DNA of 64,000 nt from Betaproteobacteria bacterium SG8_39. GTDB lineage: Bacteria; Pseudomonadota; Gammaproteobacteria; Burkholderiales; SG8-39. The stretch lies in the NCBI GenBank assembly GCA_001303445.1, contig LJTQ01000002.1, positions 10,596 to 74,595 of the forward strand, written 5' to 3'. Of the stretch, positions 9,960-19,730 are shown one piece after another. The first letter of the stretch is position 1. Each line of letters begins with the position of its first letter. The translations under genes and the position numbers were made by a program. The notes beneath the pieces are model-generated. The model was not told the DNA's origin, made no database searches, and worked only from the letters and a program-made list of their open reading frames with translations.

Positions 9960-11840
9960 TCAGGCCTCCGCGTTGGAGTTGTGCGGGACGCCTTCGGCAT
10001 CGCTGGCCAGCGTTTCGCGGTAGCTGCAGGCCACACTGCGCTCGATCAGATCGACCTCGCCGATGGCGATACACACGCGTGTCCCCGGCTCGAGGGCAGG
10101 GAGCGAGGGTACGGCGACCGTCAGCGGCAGTGCCGCGAAGCGCACCAGCCGTTCACGCAGCACGATGGCCTCGGCCTGCTCGACCTGTTCCTGCAACAGC
10201 CAGCGCAAGCACCAGTAGGACTCCATGGCGCGCTGGTGCTCGGCGTAGCGCGCGTAGACCAGCTCGAACGCGCGCATTGCCGAGAGCAGCGTCTCGGCGC
10301 TGCGCCCGAACGGCGCGCGCCGGCCTTCGAGCGTGGCGACGAGCTGCCACTGGTTCACCAGATCAACGTAGCGCCGCAATGGCGAGGTCGACCAGGCATA
10401 ACAGGAAACACCGAGCCCCTCGTGGGCCTCGGGATGGACGCTCATGCGAACCTTGCCCGAGGTCTGCACGCGGTAAATGGCAGCGACGTCGCGCTCCGCG
10501 AGCTGCGTGCCCCAGACCGTATTGGCCAAGATCATCAGTTCGGCCACCAGCTTGTCCAGCGGCGCGCCTCGCTTGCGCGCACGCAGCTCGACACGGCCAT
10601 CCTCGACGACGATCGTGTACTCCTGCAAAGCGCTGTTCACTGCCGGTTTGCCGCGCCGGGTCTCGAGCGCACAGGCGAACCGCCACAACGTGCGCAGCTC
10701 GTCCTCGAACGGCAGGCCGCAGGCAGCGCCTGCAGGGAACGTTTCGTTCAGCCGGTCGTACTGCGCGTGGTGCAGATTGGCGGCGATCGGAATGCGCTCC
10801 AGCCGCGAACGTTGGCCGCGGATCGAAAAATCCTCTGGCGAGACGTCGAGGTACAGGGACACGGCCGGCTGTGCGGCGCCGTGGTCGAGAGAGAAGTACG
10901 CGATCACGTCCTCCGGCAGCATGGTGAACTTCTGACCCGGCATGTAAGCAGTCGACAGCCGCTCGCGCGCAATGGCGTCGATCGGTGAGCCGGGCACGAA
11001 GCCGAGCGCGGGCGCCGCGATGTGCACGCCGATACGCAGGTTGCCGTCGGCTGTGCGCGTGACCGAGAACGCGTCGTCGATTTCCGTGGTGCCGACGTCG
11101 TCCAGACTGAAAGCCGCGTGCTCGGCGAGCGGCAGCTCGGCCGCCAGCGCGGGCTCCGAATGTGCTGGAAACTGCGTGCCGCGCGGATAGAACTCGTGCA
11201 GAAAGGCATTCAGATGAAAGGCGTAGCTGTCGGTGAGCACGCCGCAGTGCTCCAGGAGACGCGCCGGGCTCAGACCAGTCCGCTTGCAGGCCTGCTCGAA
11301 CGCTTTGGTTTCCGGCTTGTTGCGGTCCGGCGCATAGAGCAGCTCGTCTTTCAGCGACGCGACCTCCGCCGGACAGCTGCCCTGCGCTAGGAGGTCGGAC
11401 CAGCACTCGATTTGCGCCTGGATCCGCCGCTTCTTCTCCATGCCGGCGATCGCGCGCCGCAGGGTGTCCTCCGGCGCAGCCTGAAAGCGCCCATGTCCGC
11501 GGCGGTAGAAATACATCGGCGCCGCCTGCAGCTTGAGCAGCAGGCCGGTCGCCTCGACCGGCGTGGGCTCGCGGCCGACGTATTCCCGCGCCAGCTCCCG
11601 GAAGCCGAATTCGCGCCCGCCGCAGCACTGCCAAAGGAAATCCGTGTCGAGGCCGTCCGCGAACTGCTGCGCCTGGCTGAGAAGCTCCGCCCCTGCCGGC
11701 CGCTCGAACTCCATCAGGACATGCGCCGTTTTGACCTTGGCGCGCCGGCCGTGCAGCGTTTCGACCTGCAGCGAGGCCGGCGACTGCGCGAGCACCACGC
11801 CAACGCGAAAGTCGCCTCCGTCTTCGTACAGCACCTGCAT
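9960..11840 (-). CDS. RNB domain-containing 3'-5' exoribonuclease (RNase II/R family)
   Basis: 626 aa from MQVLYEDGGDF. RNB-type blocks TTEIDDAFSV, SVCYAWSTSPLRRYVDLVNQ and SLDDVG. Confidence 0.85.
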   Translation of the reverse strand: MQVLYEDGGDFRVGVVLAQSPASLQVETLHGRRAKVKTAHVLMEFERPAGAELLSQAQQFADGLDTDFLWQCCGGREFGFRELAREYVGREPTPVEATGLLLKLQAAPMYFYRRGHGRFQAAPEDTLRRAIAGMEKKRRIQAQIECWSDLLAQGSCPAEVASLKDELLYAPDRNKPETKAFEQACKRTGLSPARLLEHCGVLTDSYAFHLNAFLHEFYPRGTQFPAHSEPALAAELPLAEHAAFSLDDVGTTEIDDAFSVTRTADGNLRIGVHIAAPALGFVPGSPIDAIARERLSTAYMPGQKFTMLPEDVIAYFSLDHGAAQPAVSLYLDVSPEDFSIRGQRSRLERIPIAANLHHAQYDRLNETFPAGAACGLPFEDELRTLWRFACALETRRGKPAVNSALQEYTIVVEDGRVELRARKRGAPLDKLVAELMILANTVWGTQLAERDVAAIYRVQTSGKVRMSVHPEAHEGLGVSCYAWSTSPLRRYVDLVNQWQLVATLEGRRAPFGRSAETLLSAMRAFELVYARYAEHQRAMESYWCLRWLLQEQVEQAEAIVLRERLVRFAALPLTVAVPSLPALEPGTRVCIAIGEVDLIERSVACSYRETLASDAEGVPHNSNAEA

Positions 11841-11895
11841 CGTGCGGCCGATTATAGGGGCGCTGCCGCGTGTGACGCGGAAGCGGGGCGCGCGC

Positions 11896-12468
11896 TCAGG
11901 CCGCGCCGATGCCGGCAAACGCGAGAATGCGCGGCAGATGCTCGGGAAAACTTTGCAGCGTGTGGTCGCCACCGTCGCGGATCACCGTGCGCGCACCCTC
12001 GTATTTACGCGCGGCATCGCGCCAATCGAGCACCTCGTCGCCCGTCTCCAGCAGCAGCAGGTAGCGCTCCGGGTCGACCGGGTCGACAACGAGTCCGCGC
12101 CAGCCGGCAAGATGCGCCTGCGTCAGCTCGAAGGCCTCGTCGGTATACAGATTGCGCTGCGGGCCGAGGTAGGCCGCCAGCCCGAGATCCGGACGTATCG
12201 CCGGATTGATCAGCACCGCGCGCCGATCGTACTTCTCCGCGAACCAGGTGGCGTAGAACCCACCGAGCGAGCTGCCGACGAAGGTAGGCCCCTGTGCCGC
12301 ATGCCGTGCGTAGGTGGCCTCGATGGTCTCCACGGCTGCCTGCGGCGCATCGGGCAACGCCGGGCAGGCGAAGTGCGCGCCGAGCCCGCGCGCGTCCATG
12401 TAAGCCTGCATCGCGCGCGCCTTTTTGGACGCCGGCGCACTGATGAAGCCATGCAGGTAGATGATCAT
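11896..12468 (-). CDS. YqiA/YcfP family alpha/beta-fold esterase
   Basis: 190 aa. MIIYLHGFISAP...GSSLGGFYA nucleophile elbow and a C-terminal DH pair. Start at cat 12466-12468. Confidence 0.75.
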   Translation of the reverse strand: MIIYLHGFISAPASKKARAMQAYMDARGLGAHFACPALPDAPQAAVETIEATYARHAAQGPTFVGSSLGGFYATWFAEKYDRRAVLINPAIRPDLGLAAYLGPQRNLYTDEAFELTQAHLAGWRGLVVDPVDPERYLLLLETGDEVLDWRDAARKYEGARTVIRDGGDHTLQSFPEHLPRILAFAGIGAA

Positions 12469-12797
12469 GGCGGGCCGGATTCGGTCGGCGCGCGCCTCGA
12501 AATCGGAAAAACCAGCAGATTGCGCACCAGTCCGCCGGCCGCGACCACAATCAGGAACGCGGTTCCCGCGGCCATGATCGCGAGGTAGGTTGCCATGCCT
12601 TTTTCGCCGGCTTTGACGCTGATCGCGTCGGCGTAGAGCGCGCTGCCGATCATCGCGCCGATGATCAGCGCGGCAACCAGGATTGCGCCGTTCACCAAGG
12701 CGAGCTTGACCCGCGGTACACCCTGCGGATTGGAGTGAAAAAATCCCCACAGCACGGCGCCGAGGAGAAACAGCAGGATCAGGACCATGAAATGCAT
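12465..12797 (-). CDS. small hypothetical membrane protein (3 predicted TM segments)
   Basis: 110 aa, hydrophobic (MHFMVLILLFLLGAVLWGFF..., ILVAALIIGAMIG, AIMAAGTAFLIVVAAGGL). Its stop overlaps the start of the esterase gene (ATGA). No family recognised. Confidence 0.55.
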   Translation of the reverse strand: MHFMVLILLFLLGAVLWGFFHSNPQGVPRVKLALVNGAILVAALIIGAMIGSALYADAISVKAGEKGMATYLAIMAAGTAFLIVVAAGGLVRNLLVFPISRRAPTESGPP

Positions 12798-12832
12798 GCG
12801 GCGCTTTCGTTAACTGAGGAGACGGCCCAAGG

Positions 12833-14230
12833 CTACCGACCCGGCCTGACCTGCCCTTGATCTGTATCACCGCCTGCCAGCGCCAGACGCTCGAGCAGCC
12901 GGCCATGCAGGCCGCCGAAACTGCCGTTCGACATGACGAGGATCTGGTCCCCGGGCCGGGCCGCGCGCACGATCGCCGCGGCGAGCGCGTCCAGATCAGG
13001 GTGACACTGGACGCGCGCCCCGAGCGGGGCGAGTACGCCGACGGGGTCCCAAGCCAGGCCCGCAGCGTGAACGAACACGAGGTCGGCCCCGTCGAGGCTG
13101 TGCGGCAGGGCGTCTTTCATCACGCCCGCCTTCATCGTGTTGGAGCGCGGCTCGAGGACCGCGAGAATGCGCGCGCCGTTGCACCGCGCACGCAAGCCGT
13201 CGATCGTCGCGCGAATCGCGGTAGGGTGGTGCGCGAAATCGTCGTACACCGCGATGCCGTGCACCGTGCCGCGCAGCTCCATCCTGCGGCGCACGCCTTC
13301 GAAGCGGCCGAGCGCTTCGCAGGCGAGCCGGGGTTCCACCCCGGCGTGGCGCGCGGCACCGATCGCTGCCAAGGCGTTCATGCGGTTGTGCGCGCCCGCG
13401 AGGCTCCAGCGCACACGGCCCAGCGTATCGCCCTGCCATTGCACGTCGAACGCGCCGGCGTCGTCTGCATCGGCGCGCGCCGCCCAGTCTTCGGGCGCGC
13501 CGAAACGTTCGAGCGGCGTCCAGCAGCCCTCGGCGAGAACCCGCGCCAAGGCCGGGTCGGATGCATTCGCGAGGATTTTTCCGGTCCTGGGCAATATCCG
13601 CACGAAGTGGTGAAATTGCCGTTCGATGTCTGCAATATCGCCGAAGATGTCTGCATGATCGAACTCAAGATTGTTCAGAATCGCGGTCCGTGCCCGGTAA
13701 TGGACGAACTTGGACCGCTTGTCGAAGAACGCGGTGTCGTACTCGTCGGCCTCGATGACGAAAACGCCACCCGCGCCCGGCCGCGCCGAGACGCCGAAAT
13801 TCGCCGGCACCCCGCCGATGAGAAACCCGGGGGCCTTGCCCGCGTGCTCGAGTATCCACGCCAGCATCGCGCTGGTCGTCGTCTTGCCGTGGGTGCCCGC
13901 AACGGCGAGGACCCATTTGCCGAACAGAATCTCGCTCGCAAGCCATTCCGGGCCGGACACGAACCGTTCGCCGCGCTCGAGGATTGCTTCCATCAGCGGG
14001 TTGCCGCGCTTGATGACGTTGCCGATCACCCAGACATCCGGCGCGAGCCGGATCTGATCCGCGTCGTAGCCCTCGATCAGTTCGACGCCGAGCGCGGCGA
14101 GTTGCTCGCTCATCGGCGGATAGACACCCGCGTCGCAACCCGTCACGCGGTAGCCTGCGGCACGCGCGAGCACCGCCAGCCCGCCCATGAACGTGCCGCA
14201 GATACCGAGGATGTGGACGTGCGCTGGCAT
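12833..14230 (-). CDS. mpl: UDP-N-acetylmuramate:L-alanyl-gamma-D-glutamyl-meso-diaminopimelate ligase
   Basis: 465 aa. HILGICGTFMGGLA, a Mur ligase P-loop (AVAGTHGKTTT) and DDFAHHPTAI. Confidence 0.9.
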   Translation of the reverse strand: MPAHVHILGICGTFMGGLAVLARAAGYRVTGCDAGVYPPMSEQLAALGVELIEGYDADQIRLAPDVWVIGNVIKRGNPLMEAILERGERFVSGPEWLASEILFGKWVLAVAGTHGKTTTSAMLAWILEHAGKAPGFLIGGVPANFGVSARPGAGGVFVIEADEYDTAFFDKRSKFVHYRARTAILNNLEFDHADIFGDIADIERQFHHFVRILPRTGKILANASDPALARVLAEGCWTPLERFGAPEDWAARADADDAGAFDVQWQGDTLGRVRWSLAGAHNRMNALAAIGAARHAGVEPRLACEALGRFEGVRRRMELRGTVHGIAVYDDFAHHPTAIRATIDGLRARCNGARILAVLEPRSNTMKAGVMKDALPHSLDGADLVFVHAAGLAWDPVGVLAPLGARVQCHPDLDALAAAIVRAARPGDQILVMSNGSFGGLHGRLLERLALAGGDTDQGQVRPGR

Positions 14231-14305
14231 TCGAAGGAACGGAAAAGGCGCCGATTTTACGCGCTGCGTTAAGATTCAAGCCCCGTCCGGCGGGGTCCGC
14301 AATTC

Positions 14306-14914
14306 ATGGCAAGGCACGGCAAGCGGCAAAACGCAATTCGTTCGAGCATCGCGGCCGCCGCGGCACGCATCATGGCCGAAGACGGCGTCGACGACTTCGC
14401 CCTTGCCAAGCGCAAGGCCGCTCGACGGCTCGGCGTCGAGGACGGGCAGTGGCTGCCCGCCAACCATGAGATCGAGGCGGAGCTGGCCAACTACCGGGCG
14501 ATTTACCAGGCCGAAGAACATCCTGAACGCATTCGTGCCTTACGCGAGATTGCGCTCGATGCGATGCGCGCGCTCGAGCGCTTCAACCCCTACCTCACGG
14601 GCGCGGTGCTGAAGGGCTTTGCCGGTCGCTACGCGGAAATCGAGCTGCAGGTCTTTCCAGAAAGCACCAAGGACGTCGAGCTTTTCCTGCTCGACCGCAG
14701 CATCCCCTACGCGGCGGCGCCGACCAAGCGCTATGCCGGCGACCGCGCCACGGACGCGAGCGTGCTGACGCTCGAGTGGGGCGGGGTTCCGCTCAAGCTG
14801 ACCGTTCTCGATCCGCGTGACGAGCGCCTCGCGCTCAAGACCTCGGTCGCGGGGCGCGTCATCGACCGCGCGGGAATCCCCCAGGTACGCGAGTTGCTCG
14901 GCGCCAACGCCTGA
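14306..14914 (+). CDS. conserved hypothetical protein
   Basis: 202-aa ORF divergent from mpl with good GC3-rich coding character. No family confidently recognised. Confidence 0.6.
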   Translation: MARHGKRQNAIRSSIAAAAARIMAEDGVDDFALAKRKAARRLGVEDGQWLPANHEIEAELANYRAIYQAEEHPERIRALREIALDAMRALERFNPYLTGAVLKGFAGRYAEIELQVFPESTKDVELFLLDRSIPYAAAPTKRYAGDRATDASVLTLEWGGVPLKLTVLDPRDERLALKTSVAGRVIDRAGIPQVRELLGANA

Positions 14915-14940
14915 GCCGCGCGACGGACACCGGCAGATCG

Positions 14941-15462
14941 ATGGGGCTCACCCGGCGCGAATGGCTGATCCTCGGCGGCGTCGGCACCGCGGCGGCGATC
15001 GCCGGCATCGTCGCAGGTCCGATCCTGCTGCAATCCGGCAGCGGCGCGGCGGAACTCCTCGCGACGCCTCTGCCGGATGTCGCCGGGCGCACGCGCCGTC
15101 TGTCCGAATGGCATGGCAAGGTCGTGCTGTGCAACTTCTGGGCGACCTGGTGCGCCCCGTGCCGGGAAGAGATCCCCATGCTGATCGATTTGCGCGAGCG
15201 GTACGCTGCCCAGGGATTTGAAGTTGTAGGCATCGCCATCGATAATGCAGACAAAGTGCGCGAATTTTCGTCTAAATACGCGATTTCGTACCCTGTCCTG
15301 ATCGCTGAAGCGAAGGGCCTCGACCTGCTCAGAAAACTGGGCAACAACGCCGGAGCGCTCCCCTTTACGGTCACTCTGGACCGCAGGGGAACCGTCCTGG
15401 AACGCAAGCTCGGGATCCTGCGTCGTAGTGATATAGAGCCCAGAATCAAGGCCTTACTATAA
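14941..15462 (+). CDS. TlpA-family thiol:disulfide oxidoreductase (redoxin)
   Basis: WATWCAPCREEIP CxxC motif. N-terminal RREWLILGGVGTAAAIAG is a signal/anchor. Confidence 0.85.
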   Translation: MGLTRREWLILGGVGTAAAIAGIVAGPILLQSGSGAAELLATPLPDVAGRTRRLSEWHGKVVLCNFWATWCAPCREEIPMLIDLRERYAAQGFEVVGIAIDNADKVREFSSKYAISYPVLIAEAKGLDLLRKLGNNAGALPFTVTLDRRGTVLERKLGILRRSDIEPRIKALL

Positions 15463-15549
15463 GACTTGGCGGGCGTCTGAGCGCCGCGCGAAACCGGGCC
15501 CGCCCGTGAGCCTCTTGGGAAGCATGATCAGCGCCGAACGTGGGCTAAA

Positions 15550-16038
15550 ATGCAGCCTACTGGCGCAAACATGCAAAAAAAACGCAAGGAAACCGCGGCT
15601 GCTATCCTGGTCCTACATGGACCCAACCTGAATCTCCTCGGCACGCGGGAACCCAGGATCTATGGCCGAGAAACGCTGGCCCAGATCAACGCGCGTCTGC
15701 AGGCTGCAGGTCACCGCAGGAAGGTCGACGTACGCTGTTTTCAGAGCAATACCGAAGGCGCGCTGATCGACCGCGTGCAGGCCGCGCGCGACGAAGGCGT
15801 GCGTTTCATCGTCGCCAACCCGGCCGCCTACACCCATACCAGCGTCGCGCTGCGCGACGCCCTGTCTGCAGTCGCCATTCCGTTCATCGAGGTGCACTTG
15901 TCCAACATCCACGCCCGCGAGGCGTTCCGGCGCCATTCCTTTTTTTCCGATATCGCGCTGGGCACCATCTGCGGCCTCGGCAGCCAGGGCTACGACCTGG
16001 CGCTCGGCATTGCGCTCGATCGGATTGGCGCGCGCTGA
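15550..16038 (+). CDS. aroQ: type II 3-dehydroquinate dehydratase
   Basis: [36 protein letters not shown] and [12 protein letters not shown]. Alternative ATG at 15571. Confidence 0.9.
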   Translation: MQPTGANMQKKRKETAAAILVLHGPNLNLLGTREPRIYGRETLAQINARLQAAGHRRKVDVRCFQSNTEGALIDRVQAARDEGVRFIVANPAAYTHTSVALRDALSAVAIPFIEVHLSNIHAREAFRRHSFFSDIALGTICGLGSQGYDLALGIALDRIGAR

Positions 16039-16101
16039 GAACGAGCCTCGGCGCGGGCCGGGGTGCCCGCGCCGCCCCGAACACCAAAGAGAGAACCGCC
16101 C

Positions 16102-16563
16102 ATGGACCTCCGCAAACTGAAAAAGCTCATTGATCTGGTGCAGGAGTCGGGTATCGCCGAGCTCGAGATCACCGAAGGCGAGGAGAAGGTGCGCATCGCA
16201 AAAGGCGGGCAGGTGAGCGTCGCTCCGGCGAGCGCGGGCTGGGCACCCACCATGGCGCCGGCGCCCAGCGCGGCCTCGGCCGGCACCGAGGCCGCGTTGG
16301 GGGCTGCCGCCGAGGCAACCACCGAGACCCGGCGCCTGATCAAAGCGCCGATGGTGGGCACTTTCTATCGCTCCTCGGCGCCGGATGCGAGGCCGTTCGT
16401 TGAGGTCGGTCAGTCCATCAAGGAGGGGGAAACGGTCTGCATCATCGAGGCGATGAAACTCATGAACGAGATCGAAGCCGACACCTCGGGCAGCGTGGTC
16501 GAGATCCTGGTCGAGAACGGCCAGCCCGTCGAGTACGGACAGCCCCTGTTCGTCATCGCCTGA
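16102..16563 (+). CDS. accB: acetyl-CoA carboxylase biotin carboxyl carrier protein
   Basis: [13 protein letters not shown]..., an Ala/Pro linker, and the biotinyl motif [15 protein letters not shown]. Start at atg 16102. Confidence 0.9.
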   Translation: MDLRKLKKLIDLVQESGIAELEITEGEEKVRIAKGGQVSVAPASAGWAPTMAPAPSAASAGTEAALGAAAEATTETRRLIKAPMVGTFYRSSAPDARPFVEVGQSIKEGETVCIIEAMKLMNEIEADTSGSVVEILVENGQPVEYGQPLFVIA

Positions 16564-16652
16564 TGCAGCCCACCTGCCGCAACCTGACCGGGATGAGCGC
16601 GCGCGCGCGGGCGCACCGCGCCCCGTAGGGAAGAGAAAAAGGCCCGCCGGTC

Positions 16653-17971
16653 ATGTTCGAGAAGATCCTCATCGCCAATCGCGGCGAAATTGCGCTTCGC
16701 ATTCAGCGTGCGTGCCGCGAAATGGGCATCCGCACCGTCGTCGTGCACTCGGAAGCCGACACCGAGGCGAAATACGTCAAGCTGGCCGACGAGTCGGTGT
16801 GCATCGGCCCGCCCAATCCGACGCACAGCTACCTCAACATTCCCGCGATCATCAGTGCCGCCGAGGTCACTGACGCCGAGGCGGTGCACCCGGGATACGG
16901 CTTTCTCGCCGAAAACGCCGACTTCGCCGAGAAGGTCGAAGGCTCCGGGTTCGCGTTCATCGGCCCCAAGCCGGAGAACATCCGCCTGATGGGCGACAAG
17001 GTGAGCGCAAAGCAGGCGATGATCAAGGCCGGCGTGCCCACGGTACCCGGTTCGGACGGCGCGCTGCCCGAAGACAGCCGCGAGATCGTGCGCATCGCGC
17101 GCCGCGTCGGCTACCCAGTCATCATCAAGGCCGCCGGCGGCGGCGGGGGACGCGGCATGCGCGTCGTGCATACCGAGGCGGCGCTGCTCAACGCGGTCAA
17201 TACGACGCGCTCCGAGGCGCTCGCTGCCTTCGGCAATCCAATGCTCTACATGGAGAAATTTCTCGAGAACCCGCGGCACATCGAAATCCAGATTCTCGCC
17301 GACAGCCACAAGAATGCGGTATTTCTCGGCGAGCGCGACTGCTCCCTGCAGCGGCGGCATCAGAAGGTCATCGAGGAGGCCCCGGCGCCCGACCTGCCTG
17401 CAAAATTGCGCGACAAAGTCGGCGAGCGCTGCGTGGAAGCCTGCCGCAAGATCGGTTACCGCGGCGCGGGTACGTTCGAGTTCCTCTACCAGGACAGCGA
17501 GTTCTACTTCATCGAGATGAACACGCGCATCCAGGTCGAGCACCCGGTGACCGAGATGGTCACCGGCATCGACATCGTGCAGGAGCAGATCCGGGTTGCG
17601 GCAGGCGAGAAGCTGCGCTTCCGGCAGAGGGCGCGGAGGACCCTTACCGGTTCACGCCGTCGCCCGGACGCATCACCTCCTACCACCCGCCGGGGGGGCC
17701 GGGCATCCGGGTGGATTCACACGTCTACCATGGCTACACCGTGCCGCCGTTCTATGATTCGATGGTCGGCAAGGTCATCGCCTATGGGGCCTCGCGCGAG
17801 CAGGCCATTCGTCGCATGCGGGTTGCGCTTTCCGAGATGGTCGTCGAGGGCATCCGCACCAACCTTCCGCTGCACCAAGAGCTTCTCAACGACGCGCGAT
17901 TTGTGCGCGGCGGCGTATCGATCCATTACCTCGAGAACAAGCTCATCGAGGAGCAGCGGGGCGCCCGATAG
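16653..17971 (+). pseudogene. accC: acetyl-CoA carboxylase biotin carboxylase subunit, disrupted by an internal deletion plus frameshift
   Basis: Frame 0 is AccC-like from [16 protein letters not shown] through ...[14 protein letters not shown] (to about 17627) and then turns into Arg/Ser-rich nonsense up to 18107. The authentic continuation [44 protein letters not shown]...IHYLENKL runs in another frame from 17633 to the stop at 17971. The conserved block between them (..RGHA(I/V)ECRIN.. in E. coli AccC) is absent. Confidence 0.8.
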
Positions 17972-17982
17972 GGGACGCACCG

Positions 17983-18888
17983 ATGCCCTGGCAGGCGATC
18001 ACGCTCGAGCTCGCCGGGCGCGAGGCGGAGGCACTGTCCGAGGCGCTGCTCGAGGCCGGCGCGGTGTCGGTCGCCATCGAGGACGCGCAGGCCGGTACGG
18101 CGGGTGAGATCGCGCAGTACGTCGAGCCCGACTGGGATGCGCCTGCCGCCTGGCGGCGGAACCGCGTCGAGGTGCTGCTGCAATCGGATGCCGACGTCGA
18201 TCGGATTCTGCGCGAGGCCGCGCAGGCCGCCGGCGTTCAGCTGCCGTCCGCACTGCGCCGCGAACGGTTCGAGGATGCTGACTGGGTGCGACGCTGCCAG
18301 GCACAGTTTGTGCCGCTTGCGGTCGGCACGCGCCTCTGGATCGTCCCGAGCTGGCACGCCGCGCCCGTCGACCCGAGCGGCGTCGCAATCCGTCTCGATC
18401 CGGGTCTCGCCTTCGGCACCGGCTCACATCCGACCACCCGGCTCATGCTCGCGTGGCTCGAGCAGGCGGTGGTGCAAAATCGCAGGCCCGCGCCGCGCGT
18501 GCTGGATTACGGTTGCGGCTCCGGTATATTGGCGATCGCCGCGGGCAAGCTCGGCGCCGTGGGGATCGACGCAGTGGACACGGATCCGCAGGCGATCATC
18601 GCCACAGGAGACAACGCGCGGCGTAACGGCGTCGAAGTACGCGCGCTGCTGCCGGACGCATTGCCCGACGGCGAATACGACATCGTGCTAGCCAACATTC
18701 TTGCCAACCCTCTGATCACGCTGGCGCCGCTGCTCACCGCACGCACGCGGCGCGGCGGACGCATCGCACTCGCCGGGCTGCTCGTCGGGCAGGCGGCGGA
18801 TGTCATCGCCGCCTACGCGTCCGCGTTCGACGCTCGCGTCGCGGCGACCGAAGACGGCTGGGCGCTGGTGGACGGAGTGCGCCGGTGA
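17983..18888 (+). CDS. prmA: ribosomal protein L11 methyltransferase
   Basis: 301 aa. [15 protein letters not shown] and [18 protein letters not shown]-binding motifs. Confidence 0.9.
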   Translation: MPWQAITLELAGREAEALSEALLEAGAVSVAIEDAQAGTAGEIAQYVEPDWDAPAAWRRNRVEVLLQSDADVDRILREAAQAAGVQLPSALRRERFEDADWVRRCQAQFVPLAVGTRLWIVPSWHAAPVDPSGVAIRLDPGLAFGTGSHPTTRLMLAWLEQAVVQNRRPAPRVLDYGCGSGILAIAAGKLGAVGIDAVDTDPQAIIATGDNARRNGVEVRALLPDALPDGEYDIVLANILANPLITLAPLLTARTRRGGRIALAGLLVGQAADVIAAYASAFDARVAATEDGWALVDGVRR

Positions 18889-19730
18889 GTCTCGTCACGC
18901 GCTGCCCGGACTGTGACACCACGTTTCGCGTGCAGGCCACGCAGCTGTCCGCGCGCGGCGGCCGCGTGCGCTGTGGAAAATGCGGACGCGTTTTCGACGG
19001 TCTGGCCCAGATCGTCGAGGACGAAGCGGCGACGCCGCACGTCGGACCTTCGCCGCAGCTGCCGCTGTTCGATCCATCGCGCCTCGCTGCGGAAACGCGC
19101 CGGCCGGCGGTCGTACCGCGCGAGGACGCGCATGCCGCGCCGGCCGGCGGCACGCCGCGGCGCGTGCGCCGCGCGACGACGCCGGGGCCGGATGAGGCCG
19201 CCTTTCTCGCGAGCCCGAGGCGCAGCACCCGCTTCGTGATGCTCTGGAGCCTGCTGGCGCTGCTCGCGCTCGTTGCACTTGCGGCGCAGGCGGCGCTGCA
19301 CTTCCGGACCGACCTTATCTTGCTCGCTCCACAGCTGCGTCCGCACTTCGAGGTCGCCTGCGACATGCTCGCCTGCGATGTCCATCTTCCCCGCCAGCCC
19401 GAGCTGATCGGCATTGAGTCCTCCGAGCTTCGCTTCGACAAGGACCGCGACGGGGTCATACTTCTGACCGCGCTGGTGCGCAATCGCGCAACCTTTCCGC
19501 AGGAGTTTCCCGCGCTCGAGCTCGCGCTGACCGACGAAAGCGATCACCCGATGGTGCGGCGCGTGCTGCTGCCATCCGAGTACCTGGGCGCGAAGGCCGC
19601 GCAGGCCCGGCTGGGCGCAGGCATCGCGGCCGGCGCCGAGGAGCTGATCCGCGTCGAGCTCGATCTGCAGGGGCCGCGTGCCGCCGGATTTCGCCTCTAC
19701 CTTTTTTACCCAGAGACCGCACGCCAATGA
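18885..19730 (+). CDS. zinc-ribbon (MJ0042-type) and DUF3426-like domain protein
   Basis: N-terminal RCPDCDTTFRV...VRCGKCGRVF zinc ribbon, a low-complexity linker, one TM segment (FVMLWSLLALLALVALAA) and a C-terminal beta-rich domain. ATGA-type overlap with prmA. Confidence 0.7.
   Translation: MSLVTRCPDCDTTFRVQATQLSARGGRVRCGKCGRVFDGLAQIVEDEAATPHVGPSPQLPLFDPSRLAAETRRPAVVPREDAHAAPAGGTPRRVRRATTPGPDEAAFLASPRRSTRFVMLWSLLALLALVALAAQAALHFRTDLILLAPQLRPHFEVACDMLACDVHLPRQPELIGIESSELRFDKDRDGVILLTALVRNRATFPQEFPALELALTDESDHPMVRRVLLPSEYLGAKAAQARLGAGIAAGAEELIRVELDLQGPRAAGFRLYLFYPETARQ

Noticed and set aside
16653-18107. Taking the 484-aa ORF as an intact, slightly long AccC
   Set aside because: The last roughly 160 residues are out-of-frame nonsense ([24 protein letters not shown]...) and overlap prmA. 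The true AccC C-terminus is in another frame (17633-17971).
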